Positions 1 through 12,876 of a stretch of DNA of 64,000 bases are shown here, one piece after another. The position numbers and the translations under genes were made by a program. The notes under the pieces are model-generated. The model was not told where the DNA came from. It saw only the letters and a list, made by a program, of their open reading frames with translations, and did not search any database. Origin of the DNA: Anthoceros angustus (Eukaryota; Plantae; Anthocerotophyta); contig MU008158.1 of NCBI GenBank assembly GCA_010909165.1, positions 3,311,478-3,375,477 on the forward strand, in the 5' to 3' direction. The number at the start of each line of letters is the position of its first letter. The stretch's first letter is position 1.

Positions 1-2107
1 CCTGAGTTGTACAGAATGATCAAGTCAGCTCCACCTTCCTCTTCAAACTTTGCAGAAATCCCTGTCCCTGCTCCTGCACCAATGATGGGAATGCCACGAG
101 AGATCTGTCCCCTCAACCTCTGCAGCACCAAGGACCTTGGCAAACTTGTGTCTCCACGCATGACATCCCGGGACGAGTCTTCAGCCTTGGTTACGACAAA
201 GGAAAGGGAGTGTATCTGCACTGCACATTCATCTGTGGTGGCACCTTGGTCTGGAAGCTTGTGCACTGTCTGTGCTGCATCTATCCCTGAGGACATGGAG
301 GCAGTTTCTTGCTCGTTTTGAACATTTAACGGCTCCTCACTTGATGGCACCTTTATGACTGATGACTCCGAGGCAATAGCCAGGAACTCCTGCACGAGAG
401 CTTCAGCAAAATCCTGGTCGTTGATGTGGAGCGGTTTGCGCTGAATCTGCAGTAGTATCACCCGAATGAGGACTTAGTCCATAATCTAGTTCCCACATGG
501 GAACGGAATGCAGTACTGGTTGCTCACTTGACGGTCTGCTGTTTGATGGACTGCTTGCTGTAGTTGGTTGTACAGGGCCTCTCTTGCTTCAGGATTGTAG
601 AAGGGCATACCCGAGGCATCAAGTGCAGAGACGCCATGGTCAGGAAGCAGCAGTCTCACGGGGCCACTTGATTTATTAAGAGCATCTGCAATGAAGTTCG
701 CAAACTTCTTGTTCTCTTCCACAGTTGTTCGCATAAGAGTCACCTGTATGATGATCACCCCACACCAGCGAATATGAGACAGTCAGTTGGAAACGTTGCA
801 GATGTGAAGCCCATCGGCCACGAGCATTGCACCTTTTCATTGTGAGCGTGCAACTGTCTTGTGCTGAACTCAGCTGGTATACTGTTGCGCTCCCAAAAGT
901 TCACCATGTCCAATGCTCCAACACTGACAACCAGAGGCACACCCATTTGGATCATGGCTTCAAACCGGTTGCTCTTACAGGGCATCACTCCCCCCACGAC
1001 ATAGTCGGCTACCTCCGTGGTGGTGATGTCTATGACGCCCTGCAAGCCAAGGCAGCATAGAATCTCCTTGTAGTAAAGCTGACAATCCCCATAAATGTAA
1101 AACGGGCAACACAAGCATCCAGCTGCCAGCGCAAGACCTGAAGAAGACCTTGAGTCACCATGTTTTCCATCGCTTGGCCGCCAGTACCAGTAGCATGAAA
1201 CACCAGTGACTCAAACCCAGCCTCCCTCAGCTTCGTCTGCACGGCTTTCACACAGGGAGTTGTGACACCGAACATTGTCAAGCCCACCGTGGGCCTTTCT
1301 GCCCCACAGCCAGACTCAGACTGGTTTCCGTCCAACTTGTTACTGATAACGCCAGCCACCATACCCGCCAAAGCAGAAGCAGCATTGTTTAGGATACGCG
1401 AGCTGAAGCTGTTCAGGCCACTTAAGTCCACCACAGATGGCCACAGAACAAGGTCCGAAGCCTGTACGAAGGTTTCCGCATTCCCGCTGGCTACGGTGGA
1501 TACCAGAATCTTTGGCACCCCAATTGGAAGTTCCCGGAGAGCTGGTGCTATGAGAGCTGTCCCGCCAGACCCACCAATTCCTATAGCTCCAGCCACCCCG
1601 CCCTCGGTGCGGAGGAATTCCCGGAGAGCCGCACTCAGCACAGACACCGCAGCGCCTCTGTCACTCGGGAGACTTGTGGATGATCTCAAGGATGCATCTG
1701 GGTGGCAGGACAGAACATGCTGTCGGCTGACATGCGAGTGTCCACTTTCAGGTTCCACCACAGCAGCTTGGGATGAAGACACGTCGACGGTGACAACTTC
1801 CACCTGCAGAAAAGCAAAATGTGTGACTGGATCATGACAAGAGGGGCGGCATTCCGCTGCCCCGCAGTTTGGCCAAAAGCTTGGGTGAGTGGCCACCTAC
1901 CTGTCCTCGGGCTGCAGGGCAGAAGAGAGTCAGATTGGAGGAGACCTGCTGAGCAACATAGAGAAGCTCCTGGCCCTTGGTATCCAGGGTCCCTATGCAG
2001 TAGATTGTCAGCCTGGATGGCGGTGGTGCTGGTGCTGGTGCTGGAGCTGCTGCAGCCATTTCCGTCGTCCTCCAGGTCTGTTGCGCTTCATGGGACTGGG
2101 TCGCCAT
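1..2107 (-). CDS. Tm-1: Tm-1-like protein (UPF0261 N-terminal domain + TIM-barrel domain); multi-exon, 3' end runs off the left edge
   Basis: Hand-spliced exons 2107-1901, 1803-1138, 1039-833, 743-528 and 446-<1, all with GT-AG junctions. Motifs: IYCIGTLDTKGQEL, GIGGSGGTALIAP, PKILVSTVASG, VGLTMFGVTTPCV, FHATGTGGQAME, VSVGALDMVNF, TLMRTTVEEN and GAGAGTGISAKFEEEGGADLIILYNSG. The start codon is either ATG 2107 or ATG 2059. Confidence 0.9.
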
Positions 2108-2691
2108 CACTGCAGTTGCGGGGAGAGGCCAAGTAAAAGAGCTGGGACTAGCATTGAGTGTGTGACAAGTGGCACACCTATGGTGCACAGAAATCTTGTG
2201 CTGAGCGAAATTTTTCACTGTGAGGACAGAATTATTGCTGGACCACCAACCGCATTGCATTGGGTAGGTGATCGATGACGTCGCCACTTCAACGCAGCTC
2301 GTTGCTGGTGACTGCCGAAATTGCTGGGATCCGTTACCTAGGGGTGGACGAAAAAGAGTCTTTATATGTAACTGCGTGGCGAACCTTCTGGAGGCGTATG
2401 TTATCTGAATCTCGTCAGTGGGAGCATACAGTATGTAGTCCGAATCCAGGTTCTCTTTGACTTCTTTTTCGTCAGCCAAGTGTCATAGCCACTGCCTGTC
2501 TCTTGCGATGCTCGCTTGTGGTGCTTTCAGCTTCGTGGCAAGCAAGCAAGCTTTTCGTGGCAACAAACCTCCGAGCATCGGAGAATTGGGGGCTGTTAGC
2601 TATTTGCTGTCTACCTACAGCCGAAGGGCCTTGCAATTGCAATTGCTTGAGGTGGAGTCTGTTTGTTTGGATGGTCTCTTGCTTGAGTGAG

Positions 2692-4879
2692 ATGGAACGC
2701 AGATTCCGCGAGGTAGGGGAGGTTGGATTTTTGTGGTAACAGATGCTGCTGCCCACCTTATAGTATCCATCTAAGTTCAAGGAGCTGATCAGGACGACGA
2801 CTTGGGCAGCAACCTCGGATCGCGCCTGTCTACCTTCTCCCTTGTTCCTGGTCCTTTCCTACACCTAGTGATTTGCACACATGTTGGTGGGCAAAGGTTT
2901 GGCAAGGTGGTTGTTCCACCGGAAGCCCCTCCGGTTGAACATTGCAATTCGAATGGTGAGTCCTGGTTCGCTCGGCTGCAACAGCTTGTCAAGGAACGGT
3001 GAAACAGCAAAGCAGCATCCAGTGTCATCCGGATATGGTATGTGCTGGCTCAGGCCTCTTGAAAGTGAAGAAGCTCTACTTGGAGCAGGGGATGAAACGG
3101 CTTCAACTGCAAGCCCCATGACCTGTCAATTCAGGTGTCATCTCTGTCCTCTCCAGTTGCTTGTACATTTGTCCCTACCTGCTGCTCTCATGCTTAGGGC
3201 CTTTGCAGGGAGAGGGGCTCTAAGTATCCACCGTCGCTACTTGGACTTCGTGGTGCTCCCAATTCTCCGTCAGTTGACATTTCTCCTGTCAGAGGGGCTG
3301 GTCGTGGTAAACGGCACCAAAGCCATCCCAGCTGTGAGAGGGGATTCTGGTCTTCACCAACTAGCCTTTATGAGGCATCCAAGGAAGTGATACCAAAGCG
3401 GCCCAAGGTACTTCTAAAACTGGAATCTGCAGAAGTAGAGAGGATGCATCTCATGTTGGCTGGATGGTCCTACGTTCTTTGCGTCATGTTTGTTGGTTGG
3501 TTGGGGTAACATTCGTGTGATCTCTTCCAAAAGGAGGTGCTTGCCGGGTTGCCCAGCTACGTCAAGGTTGTGGAGGTGGGTCCTAGAGATGGGCTTCAAA
3601 ACGAGAAGAAAACGGTGCCAACAGACGTGAAAGTCGAACTTATCCGAAAACTGGTGGCTGCTGGCTTGTCGGTTATTGAAGCCACCAGCTTTGTCTCCCC
3701 AAAGTGGGTGCCTCAGGTACGAACTTGCAAACTTGGAGGACTCTTCTATCTTTATGTTCAAATGACTGGTTTACTTTATTGGGGCTTGTCAGCTTGGAGA
3801 TGCAAAAGATGTTATGGCATCACTCAAGCCATTCAGTACAGCAAGATTTCCAGTCCTGACGCCTAACCTCAAGGTAAATAAATGCTGGGGTGGCAGTCTG
3901 AGCCACCCCAGTTCATGGCCGAGCCATGCCTGTTCATGTTCTGATGCCTGGAGCTTGTCGTCAGGGATTGGAGGCAGCCATTTCAGCTGGAGCAACTGAG
4001 GTTGCAGTTTTCGCTGCTGCCTCAGAATCCTTCTCAAAGTCCAACATTAACTGTACCATTGAAGAAAGCCTTCAGAGATACAGAGATGTGTGTGAAGCAG
4101 CAAAATCCGGAAACATTCCAGTCAGAGGGTATTGTTCAGACATCACCAAAGCCTTTGCAGGGTGCTCATTGTTTCTCTTTTCGATCAATACTGCCCATCA
4201 GATGTGCTTTTTCATTTGTGTGCGTGATAGGTACGTTTCATGCGTTGTTGGTTGCCCCATTGAAGGCCCGATTTCGCCGGCCAAGGTAGCTTATGTAGCA
4301 GGGGAGCTCTATAAAATCGGTTGCCAGGAAATTTCCCTTGGTGACACAATCGGTGTGGGCACTCCTGGTATGCATCTCTGGTACCCTTGTGCAACAAGTC
4401 GTACGGTCATTGATGTCGTGGATTGGAAAGTAATAGCCGTGCTTCATTAGGAGGAGTGGCACGGATGCTGCAAGCAGTTACAGATGTGGTTCCAGTGGAG
4501 TGCCTGGCAGTGCACCTCCATGATACATACGGACAGGCACTTGCAAATATTCTTGTTGCTCTCCAGGTATGACTTATTGACGAGTGAGCAGATTTAGCTT
4601 GCACAGAAACATCAAAGCTCTAATCCTGTGGTCCACTGGCGGCAGATGGGTGTGAATGTAGTAGACTCGTCAGTTGCAGGTCTTGGGGGTTGCCCCTATG
4701 CGAAAGGTGCGTCAGGAAACGTGGCAACAGAAGATGTGGTTTACTTGCTGAATGGCCTCGGCATTGAAACTAATGTTGACCTCAACAAAGTAGTGGCTGC
4801 CGGAGAGTTCATCTGTCAGCACCTGGACAGACCTTCCGGATCAAAGGTCGCAATTGCTATTCGCAGATCTAAAGTTTGA
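2692..4879 (+). CDS. HMGCL: Hydroxymethylglutaryl-CoA lyase, multi-exon, with plant-type N-terminal extension
   Basis: Motifs: [84 protein letters not shown] and [24 protein letters not shown]. Stop at 4879. The core (3537-4879) is certain; the 5' exons from ATG 2692 are inferred from splice signals only. Confidence 0.9.
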
Positions 4880-5733
4880 ACGGCGTTCACCGAGTGCTGG
4901 ATGCTGGAACTGTGTTTTGTCACTCGATTCTTTGGTTGTAGACTCAAATATTTAAGTCTGGGAGCGTGAAACGACAAATCCAACGACAATGTATCGCTAA
5001 TTTTTGTACGCGAGGAATTGACCCTGGATGAACTGGGTCCCTTCTCGATGGATGGTTTGTCATTCCTGATCCACCACAGACAAAGAGTGCAGGGACAGAG
5101 CGCGCTTGCCCATTGCCAATTCACCACTCAAAAGGAGTTGGAGTTCAAGGAACATAAGGGGCCTCGAGGCCGCCGAGGCATATTCATGCACAGGTAGCTG
5201 GTATGTTACCCACCGCTACGGTGTACGGTGTACCGTGTACCTACCATAGTACTTTACTGTAAATTTTATAAGGTCCCCATTATCCTTTGCAGTAGCAAGG
5301 AAGAGCATATCAAAATGCTATTTACATACAGGTAGGCGGACAGTCATAGGGTGAGTCATGGGTACATATAGGTGATCGGACATCATATGAGTGCAAATTG
5401 ACATCCTTTTGCATACATACTGTATGTATGTATGTGGATACATCTCTAAGTTGGAGTGGGAACTCGGAATGAAAGAGACCTGATTGATCATTGGAGATAC
5501 CCAGAGAGCGAGCTGGCGCCGCCATCCACGGTAGCCGCTAGCCAGGGCGAAGAGGCAAGGAAAGGGTCTTGTAGAATTGGATTCCAAGAGGAGGGCTCAG
5601 ACTCCTTAGCTCCCCTGGCGCTGGCCAGTGAAGGAAAGACTTGGAGAGATTAGCGACTCCGGTAGAAAGGGTTGTGGTTTTGGGACAAGGGTTGTTTAAT
5701 GCCAGCTTGGTGTGCATCCCAAAAAGTTCGACA

Positions 5734-6640
5734 AGTCGCCAACATGTCGGCACATTGCTATTCAATGCGTCATTGTAGTGGCGCAATGTTCTTCAAAGGG
5801 CCAAGAACATTGCTATTCAATGCGTCAGTGTAGTGGCGCAATGTTCTTCAAAGCGCCAAGAACGGGCGCACTCGGAACGTTTTCTTTTCAAATAATTTTA
5901 AAGATAATTATCTTTTCAAAGCGTTTTCTTTTCATATGTTTTCAACAAATAGCATTGAAAGCCAGCATCACAAATAGCCATTTACTTGCCAACTTTAAAG
6001 ATTATACCGACACCCCCTAAAACGACACATTGATGTTGTCTGCGCCGCATAGCATCAACAATTCGCCAACATGTCCGCACATTGCTATTCACCGTGTAGT
6101 GCGCAATATTCTTCAATACAATTCCGCCAACATGTCCGCATTGCTATTCACCGGTGTAGTGGCGCAATATTCTTCAATACAATTCGCCAACATGTCCGCA
6201 CATTGCTATTCACCAGTGTAGTGGCACAATATTCTTCAATGCGCCAAATACGCACTCGAACGCTTTTCTTTTCAAATAATTTTAAAGATAATTATCTTTT
6301 CAAAGCGTTTTCTTTTCATATGTTTTCAACAAATAGCATTGAAAGCCAGCATCACAAATAGCCATTTACTTGCCAACTTTAAAGATTATACCGACACCCC
6401 CTAAAACGACACATTGATGTTGTCTGCGCCGCATAGCATCAACAATTCGCCAACATGTCCGCACATTGCTATTCACCAGTGTAGTGGCGCAATATTCTTC
6501 AATACAATTCGCCAACATGTCCGCACATTGCTATTCACCAGTGTAGTGGCGCAATATTCTTCAATACAATTCGCCAACATGTCCGCACATTGCTATTCAC
6601 CAGTGTAGTGGCACAATATTCTTCAATGCGCCAAATACAG
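5734..6640. repeat. 62-bp minisatellite (AATTCGCCAACATGTCCGCACATTGCTATTCACCAGTGTAGTGGCGCAATATTCTTCAATAC) nested in a ~385-bp tandem duplication
   Basis: Three units at ~6060-6240, three at ~6443-6628 and two diverged units at ~5734-5850. The spacer block CGCACTCG...AAACGACACATTGATG occurs at ~5867 and ~6251. Confidence 0.9.
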
Positions 6641-8105
6641 GCGCACTCGGAATGCTTTGTCAATTCGAAATACATTAATATTTTTATATACATATGTATT
6701 ACAAAATATCGAAATGCTTTTGACAAAGCATTTTCTTTTCAAACTGTTTTAAAAAATAATTATTTTTTCACCATTTTCTTTTCAAACTATTTTAAAAAAT
6801 AATTATTTTTTCACCCGCTTGACCAACCGGGCGAAAGGCACAATTTTAAGTGCCCATTTAAAATCGCTTAAAGGTCATTTAACCGATATTGTGGACAAAA
6901 ATAAAATTATCCTTGTTGACCAAAAATGGCTTCGTGGAATAAGCCCGATTTGTGTAGAGGTTACCACATTTATTTGTAAATTCATAGCATGTAAGGAGTG
7001 TGCAAGTTAATTGTGTGGAATCTAGCCTAGTATGTAGACGAGAATATATTCGTAGAACCCTACCTATTGCGGAGCCCTTTGGACTGCTGTTGTAAGACCT
7101 TTCGAGACCCAACGTTGAGACATGGTTGTCCAACTTATTCACCCAAGCTCGGGTCTACTTCAAGCTATCCTATGATACATAGAATTCGTTCCATTTCTAC
7201 TTATTAAATTTCATTTATGCTTGCCCAAAGCGTGTAAAAATTTGTATATTTATCAATATATCTGTCAATAAAGCGTCACTCTATAATGTAAAGACTTTAT
7301 ACTCAGGAAAATAACACAACCAATTTTGTTTTTGTAATACTTGTTATCGAGATGTTTTAAAATAAAACTCTATATATGAAGGTCATTTCTTGAGTGAGAT
7401 CCTAGAGGGAGATCATTTTTTTCTAATATTCAGTAAGTGTCTTGATTTTGGATATGTTGAATTAGTTAATTAGAATGATTGTAATTATTTGTATATCTTT
7501 TTTCTCATTGATAGAAAATTTTAAAATAATTTAGGTATTGAGGTGTCATGTCTTGTGCTTTTTGTGTGACAAGTGGATTCTAATGTTGAGTAACATATAT
7601 GTGCATCGAAAGAGATGATTTTAAAGGCTACCTCATTTTGCTCGCAACAGCTAAGTGTCATCGCAAGCAATCAAAGATATAAAAGACAACCCAACGTGGA
7701 CGGGTACCTTTCCATGTGTGGGATATGATGATTCCTCTTATGGAAGCAAGGACTAAATCAAGGATGATCCTTTTACCACTGCGTTGACAAATCTTCTTAC
7801 TTTAGCTAATTTGCATTCTCCTTTACAAAAAACCAATTCAGATTGTGATTTTGTTTGTGCTCTTAAGGTATGTTGCAAGATTTTTCTTACAATCTTTGTT
7901 CGTGTTCTTAATATGTTGCAAGATTTTTCTTACAATATTTGTTCACGCTCTTAATATGTTGCAAGATTTTTTTTCTCTTTGAGTTGACATTAACAAAAGT
8001 ACATTAGATAAAAATAAGTAGGTTATTAAATAAATATATGAAAATAGTTCTAAAAGTCACTTGAGTAATGCCCCTCACTACACAGCCAGTAAGGAAGCGA
8101 CAAGT

Positions 8106-8426
8106 TGTTACGGGGCAACTCTGAGTTCCAGATTCAGGAAAATGGACGTTTTCTTCATGTTCAGATTCGCTATAAATACATGTGTGCAGGCAATGCCAAG
8201 AAGGCTGAGCCTGCCCGGCTAACTACCCTACTTCTTGGGATTCTCTTGGTATACTTTTAGTTATCCGGATATCCTACATAGTGGCATTTATCTATTTAAT
8301 TAGTATCTATTTAATTATTTCGTATCAAGGTATTTGCTAAAATCATGAGTGTTTTAGGGTTCACCTGTTTGTGGTAGCTTGGTTCCTCGGCGGATGACTT
8401 GAGTGGCGGCTCGTCATCACGTTTCA
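8106..8426 (-). repeat. 3' LTR (321 bp) of the gypsy element
   Basis: TG...CA termini; homologous to 14874-15202; adjacent to the PPT. Confidence 0.95.
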
Positions 8427-10756
8427 TTCTCCCCACTTGGGGTCCTCGGCCATCCGGAATCTGCAGCAGGGCAGGGGTATTGGAGGCAATCCTCGGGTTC
8501 CCATGTTGCCGCTAAATCGGGCTCGCCCTCCCACGCAACCAGGAAGTCACGGATGTGTCGGTGCTGGAGGTGCCGGTCTCGGCCAGAGGATGCGGTCGGT
8601 TGGTGGGAAGTGGTGATCTGGTCGGGAGGGTTGAGGAGGGAAGGCGTGGCTGGCCTCCGGAGAGGAATGGGAGTCATGTCTTTGGAAGGGTTGGCCGGGT
8701 TCTTGGGGACGGACTCGGTGGTGTCGGCGATGGGAGAAGTTGCACGGTGGATCACGGTTTCAACAGGGACACATGGAATGTTGGCGGCGCCGTCGGATGA
8801 TTCAAGGCTGATGCAGCGACCTTGTTGGCGTTCGACACGGAAAGGCCACAGCGGTAGGTGAGCTTCTGCGTTCTTTGAATCATGGCGGGATACATGGGGC
8901 TTGACTCGAGCCAAACAAAAGCAGCCAGCGGAGTAGTTGACGTCAGCGTCGGTGGATTGGTATGATCAGTCGGTCTTGTGCTGCTTGGAGTTTGTGTCGA
9001 GCCATCTTGACCTCGTGCCAAATGTCCTCGGCGATTTGATTGCCACTTGTCTTATTTGTTGGGCCATAAGCACGGAGGTGGGGTGTCTCACCGTCTGAAG
9101 TTTGAAGGAGTAACCCCACAGCTGCGTGCTTGATTATCGCATACTCCAACAAGGGAAGGAGTTCCTCCACTGTCACTTCTCATGTGTGAAATGGCGAAGC
9201 ATGTCTTCTAACACCTGATTCTCCTTCTCTGTCTGGCCGTCCGTCTCTGGGTGATAGGCGGAAGACATGTTACATTTGATGCCAGTGTGTCCATGAAGTT
9301 CCGCCAAAACCCGGAGGTGAATTTCGTCCACATCAGACACAATGTCCTCGGGTGTTCCGTGTGTCGGAAGATTTCACGGACAAAAAGGTAGCTAGTTTGG
9401 TTGCGTAATGGTCGGTGGCCAGGAATGAAGTGGCGACCTTGGAAAACCTATACATCACCACCGGATGTTGTCCCACGGAGTGCAGGTAGGTGTGTAATGA
9501 AGTCCATGGCTATTGGAAGCGCCTTTGAGGATTTGGAGGGTTGGAGTAGACCTGGGTATTTGCTAAAATCATGAGTGTTTTAGGGTTCACCTGTGGTAGC
9601 TTGGTTCCTCGGCGGATGACTTGAGTGGCGGCTCGTCATCACGTTCATTCTCCCCACTTGGGGTCCTCGGCCATCCGGAATCTGCCTGGGCAGGGGTATT
9701 GGAGGCAATCCTCGGGTTCCCATGTTGCCGCTTCATCGGGCTCGCCCTCCCAACCAGAAGTCACGGATGTGTCGAGGTCTTGATCTCGGGAGGATGCGGT
9801 CGGTTGGTGGGAAGTGGTGATCTGGTCGGGAGGGTTGAGAGGAAGGCGTGGCTGGCCTCCGGAGAGGAATGGGAGTCATGTCTTTGGAAGGGTTGGGGGT
9901 TCTGGGGCAGACTCGGTGGTGTCGGCGATGGGAGAAGTTGCAGCGGTGGATCACGGTTTCAACAGGGACACATGGAATGTTGGCGGGCGCCGGTCGGCAG
10001 GCGATTCAAGGCTGATGCGACCTTGTTGGCGTTCGACACGGAAAGGCCAAGCGGTAGGTGAGCTTGCTGCGTTCTTGAATCATGGCGGGATACATGGGGC
10101 TTGACTCGAGCCAAACAAAAAGCGGAGTAGACGTCAGCGTCGGTGTGATTGGTAATCGAGTCCGGTCTTGTGCTGCTTGGAGTTTGTGTCGAGCCATCTT
10201 GACCTCGTGCCAAATGTCCTCGGCGATTTGTAAGCCACTTGTCTTATTTGTTGGGCCATAAGCACAGGAGGTGGGGTGTCTCACCGTCTGAAGTTTGAAG
10301 GAGTAACCCACGTGGCTGCGTGCTTGAAGAATTGTCGCATACTCCAACAAGGGAAGGAGTTCCTCCCGCCGTGCCTTCTCATGTGTGAAATGGCGAAGCA
10401 TGTCTTCTAACACGATTCTCCTTCTCGTGCCGTCGTCTCTGGGTGATAGGCGGAAGACATGTTACATTTGATGCCAGTGTGTCCATGAAGTTCCGCCAAA
10501 ACCCGGAGGTGAATTTCGCGTCCCTCAGGCACAATGTCCTCGGGTGTTAGTAATCGGAAGATTTCACGGACAAAAAGGGTGGCTAGTTTGGTTGCGATGT
10601 GGTCGGTGGCCAGGAATGAAGTGGCGGACCTTGGAAAACCTATACATCACCACCGGATGTTGTCCTTGGAGGCGGAGTGCAGGTAGGTGTGTAATGAAGT
10701 CCATGGCTATTGAAAGCCACTGAGGATTTGGAGGGTTGGAGTAGACACAGGTATTT
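8329..10756. repeat. ~1.2 kb tandem duplication of partial LTR + PPT + chromodomain/integrase 3' end
   Basis: 8329-9554 is repeated at 9555-10750. The junction motif GGTATTT occurs at 8329, 9555 and 10750. Confidence 0.9.
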
Positions 10757-12700
10757 CGATGGCTAGGTTTGGTTTGTTGGCGGGGTGGCGAGCGCACCAC
10801 TCGATGCAATCGGGCGCATGCCTTCCAGTGGAAATGCTCCGGACCTTGGCATAGGTTTTGTCAATACCCAAGTGCCGGAGATTGAGTCATGCGGATCATG
10901 GAGGATGGCTTGTTTGGCTGATGGTGGGAGGGATGACCAACCGGCCCTTACAGTAACACAAGCATCCTTGAGGAATAGAGTTGGGTAAGTCTTTGTGGGA
11001 ATACTGCTGCGTCTGCGAGGAGACTTTGATACAAGCGCCACAACTACGGGTCTTGAGGCAATCCATCCGACTAAGCGCACGTTTGGGGGTTGTGTGGTCA
11101 TGAGTGTCTGAGCTCTCCTACTCAAGGCATCTGCGACCACGTTAGAAGTCGGTAACATACTTGATCTCGAGGTCGAAATCGCGGATATTGACCCATCTGC
11201 TGTCTGGAGTTGAGGTTGGGTTGTGAGAAGAAATGTTGCAAGGGTGGTGGTGCATGTGACACACCACTTTCGGCCTAAGAGGTAATGCCTCCACACCTTG
11301 AGGCGTGGGTGATCGCCAACATCTCTTTGTCATGTACATAATTCAATTGTGCCTTGCAACTTCCTGGATTCGTAGGCAATAGCTCGACCCTGTTGTGACA
11401 GTACTGCACCCATAGCAAAATCTGATGCATCTGTGTGCAGGGTGTATGGGGCCTGAGGGTCTGCCACCGCCAGCACGGGAGCCGAACTAAGGGCTTGTTT
11501 GAGCTGTTCAAATGCCTGGACGGCCGCTGGTCCCAGTTGTAAGGGTTTGCGGTTGAGTGCCTGAGGGCATCCGTCAGGGGAACAGCTATCTTGCTGAAAC
11601 TTTGGATGAAGCGGCGGTAAAAGCCGGCCATGCCCAGGAACCCACGTAGTTGTGTGATATCCTGAGGTAGGGGCCAGTCCACCACGGCTTTGACCTTGCG
11701 GGGATCTACCGGATACCTGTTGCACTAATGATGTGGCCCAAGTATTCACACTCCTGTCTCATGAAGACACACTTACTTCTTTTGGCCAATAACTTATTTG
11801 CACGCAGCAGCTCAAGTACCTTTCTGACCAAGGTGTAATGTGTCTCTAGGTCGGTGTGTATATGAGGATGTCGTCGAGGAATACTTGACGCCCCAACAAT
11901 GGTCGTAAGATGTCTGCATGAGACATTGGAATGTTGCGGTGCGTTGTCGAGCCAAGCGGCATGACCACGAACTCAGTGGCCATGTCTTGTGCGGAAGGCT
12001 TTTGACTCATCCCTTCCTTGATCACGATGCGGTGGGCGGATCTCGGATCAATCTTGGTAAACCACTTTGCACCGTGAAGTTGGTCCGAGGATCTCATCGA
12101 TCCTCGGCATCGGTAGACATTTCGGTGGCGGTTTAGTCCTCGATAGTCAATGCATAGCCAACCACCATCGGTTTGCCAACAAGAAGAATTTGGGGCTCGA
12201 AGGGACAAGAAGGGCACAAACCCTTTCAGGAGTTCGTCTACTTGTTTTTTATTTCCTCGTTTTCGATGGGCGTCGGTATGGTTGGATCTTGATGGGTTTA
12301 TGACTGGCGGGAGCTCTATGGCATGGTCGACGGCGTCTAGGGGAGTTCTGGTTCGGTGAACACATCACGGAACTCTGTGATGACTTCATGGTGGGTGGTA
12401 GGAGTTCCTCATGAGCCTTGGCTTCACTGGACTCGGGGTTCCTTCTAGGGGTAAGACTTTTTCGACAGCTCGTACATGAACTCGCAGGCGGTGGCTCTTG
12501 GCAGAGATCACTTGTCGGGGTATCTTGTTCACCTTGCATGGTGTATGTCTTATCCCCCTTTGTAAGACTCACTACGTTAGACAACCAGTCTATGTCTAAT
12601 GTGTGGGTATGCTTGGCCAGCCAGGGCTTACCAATGATGATGTCATGACACAAGGACGGCATTACAGTCAGCTTGAAGATTTTTTGAAGATTTCAAAACC
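8417..12700 (-). pseudogene. pol: Gypsy pol remnants: protease region, RT, RNase H, integrase, C-terminal chromodomain
   Basis: RT motifs WLCIDYRGLN, FTKID and FLDDILIY. RNase H region LRGFLGMAGFYRRFI, LHTDASDFAMGAVLSQ and YESRKL. Integrase fragments IAMDFITHLP and FHVSLLKP. Chromodomain-like DFLVAWEGEPDLAATWEPEDCL. Many indels. Confidence 0.9.
8427..8438 (-). promoter_or_regulatory. Polypurine tract (AAGTGGGGAGAA on the minus strand)
   Basis: Purine-rich run directly abutting the TG start of the 3' LTR on the minus strand. Confidence 0.8.
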
Positions 12701-12876
12701 ACCTAGGAAGGTGATTAGTGCATCAGTCCACTCTTCCTTCTTTGGTTTCATTCATGCAGTCACTCTGTGGACACATGTCGAGAGGTACGGATCTGAGCCA
12801 ACCTTTTCGACGGATCTAGACACATAATGATGGCACGAGTCTAGCGGCGTGGCTCGGGCGCCTTCTAGACCAACCT

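Noticed and set aside
5734-6640. CRISPR-like appearance of the 62-bp repeats
   Set aside because: The units are contiguous with no unique spacers, there are no cas genes, and the context is eukaryotic.
6815-7200. Possible organellar insertion or short coding fragment
   Set aside because: No organellar gene or protein motif was recognised in any frame.
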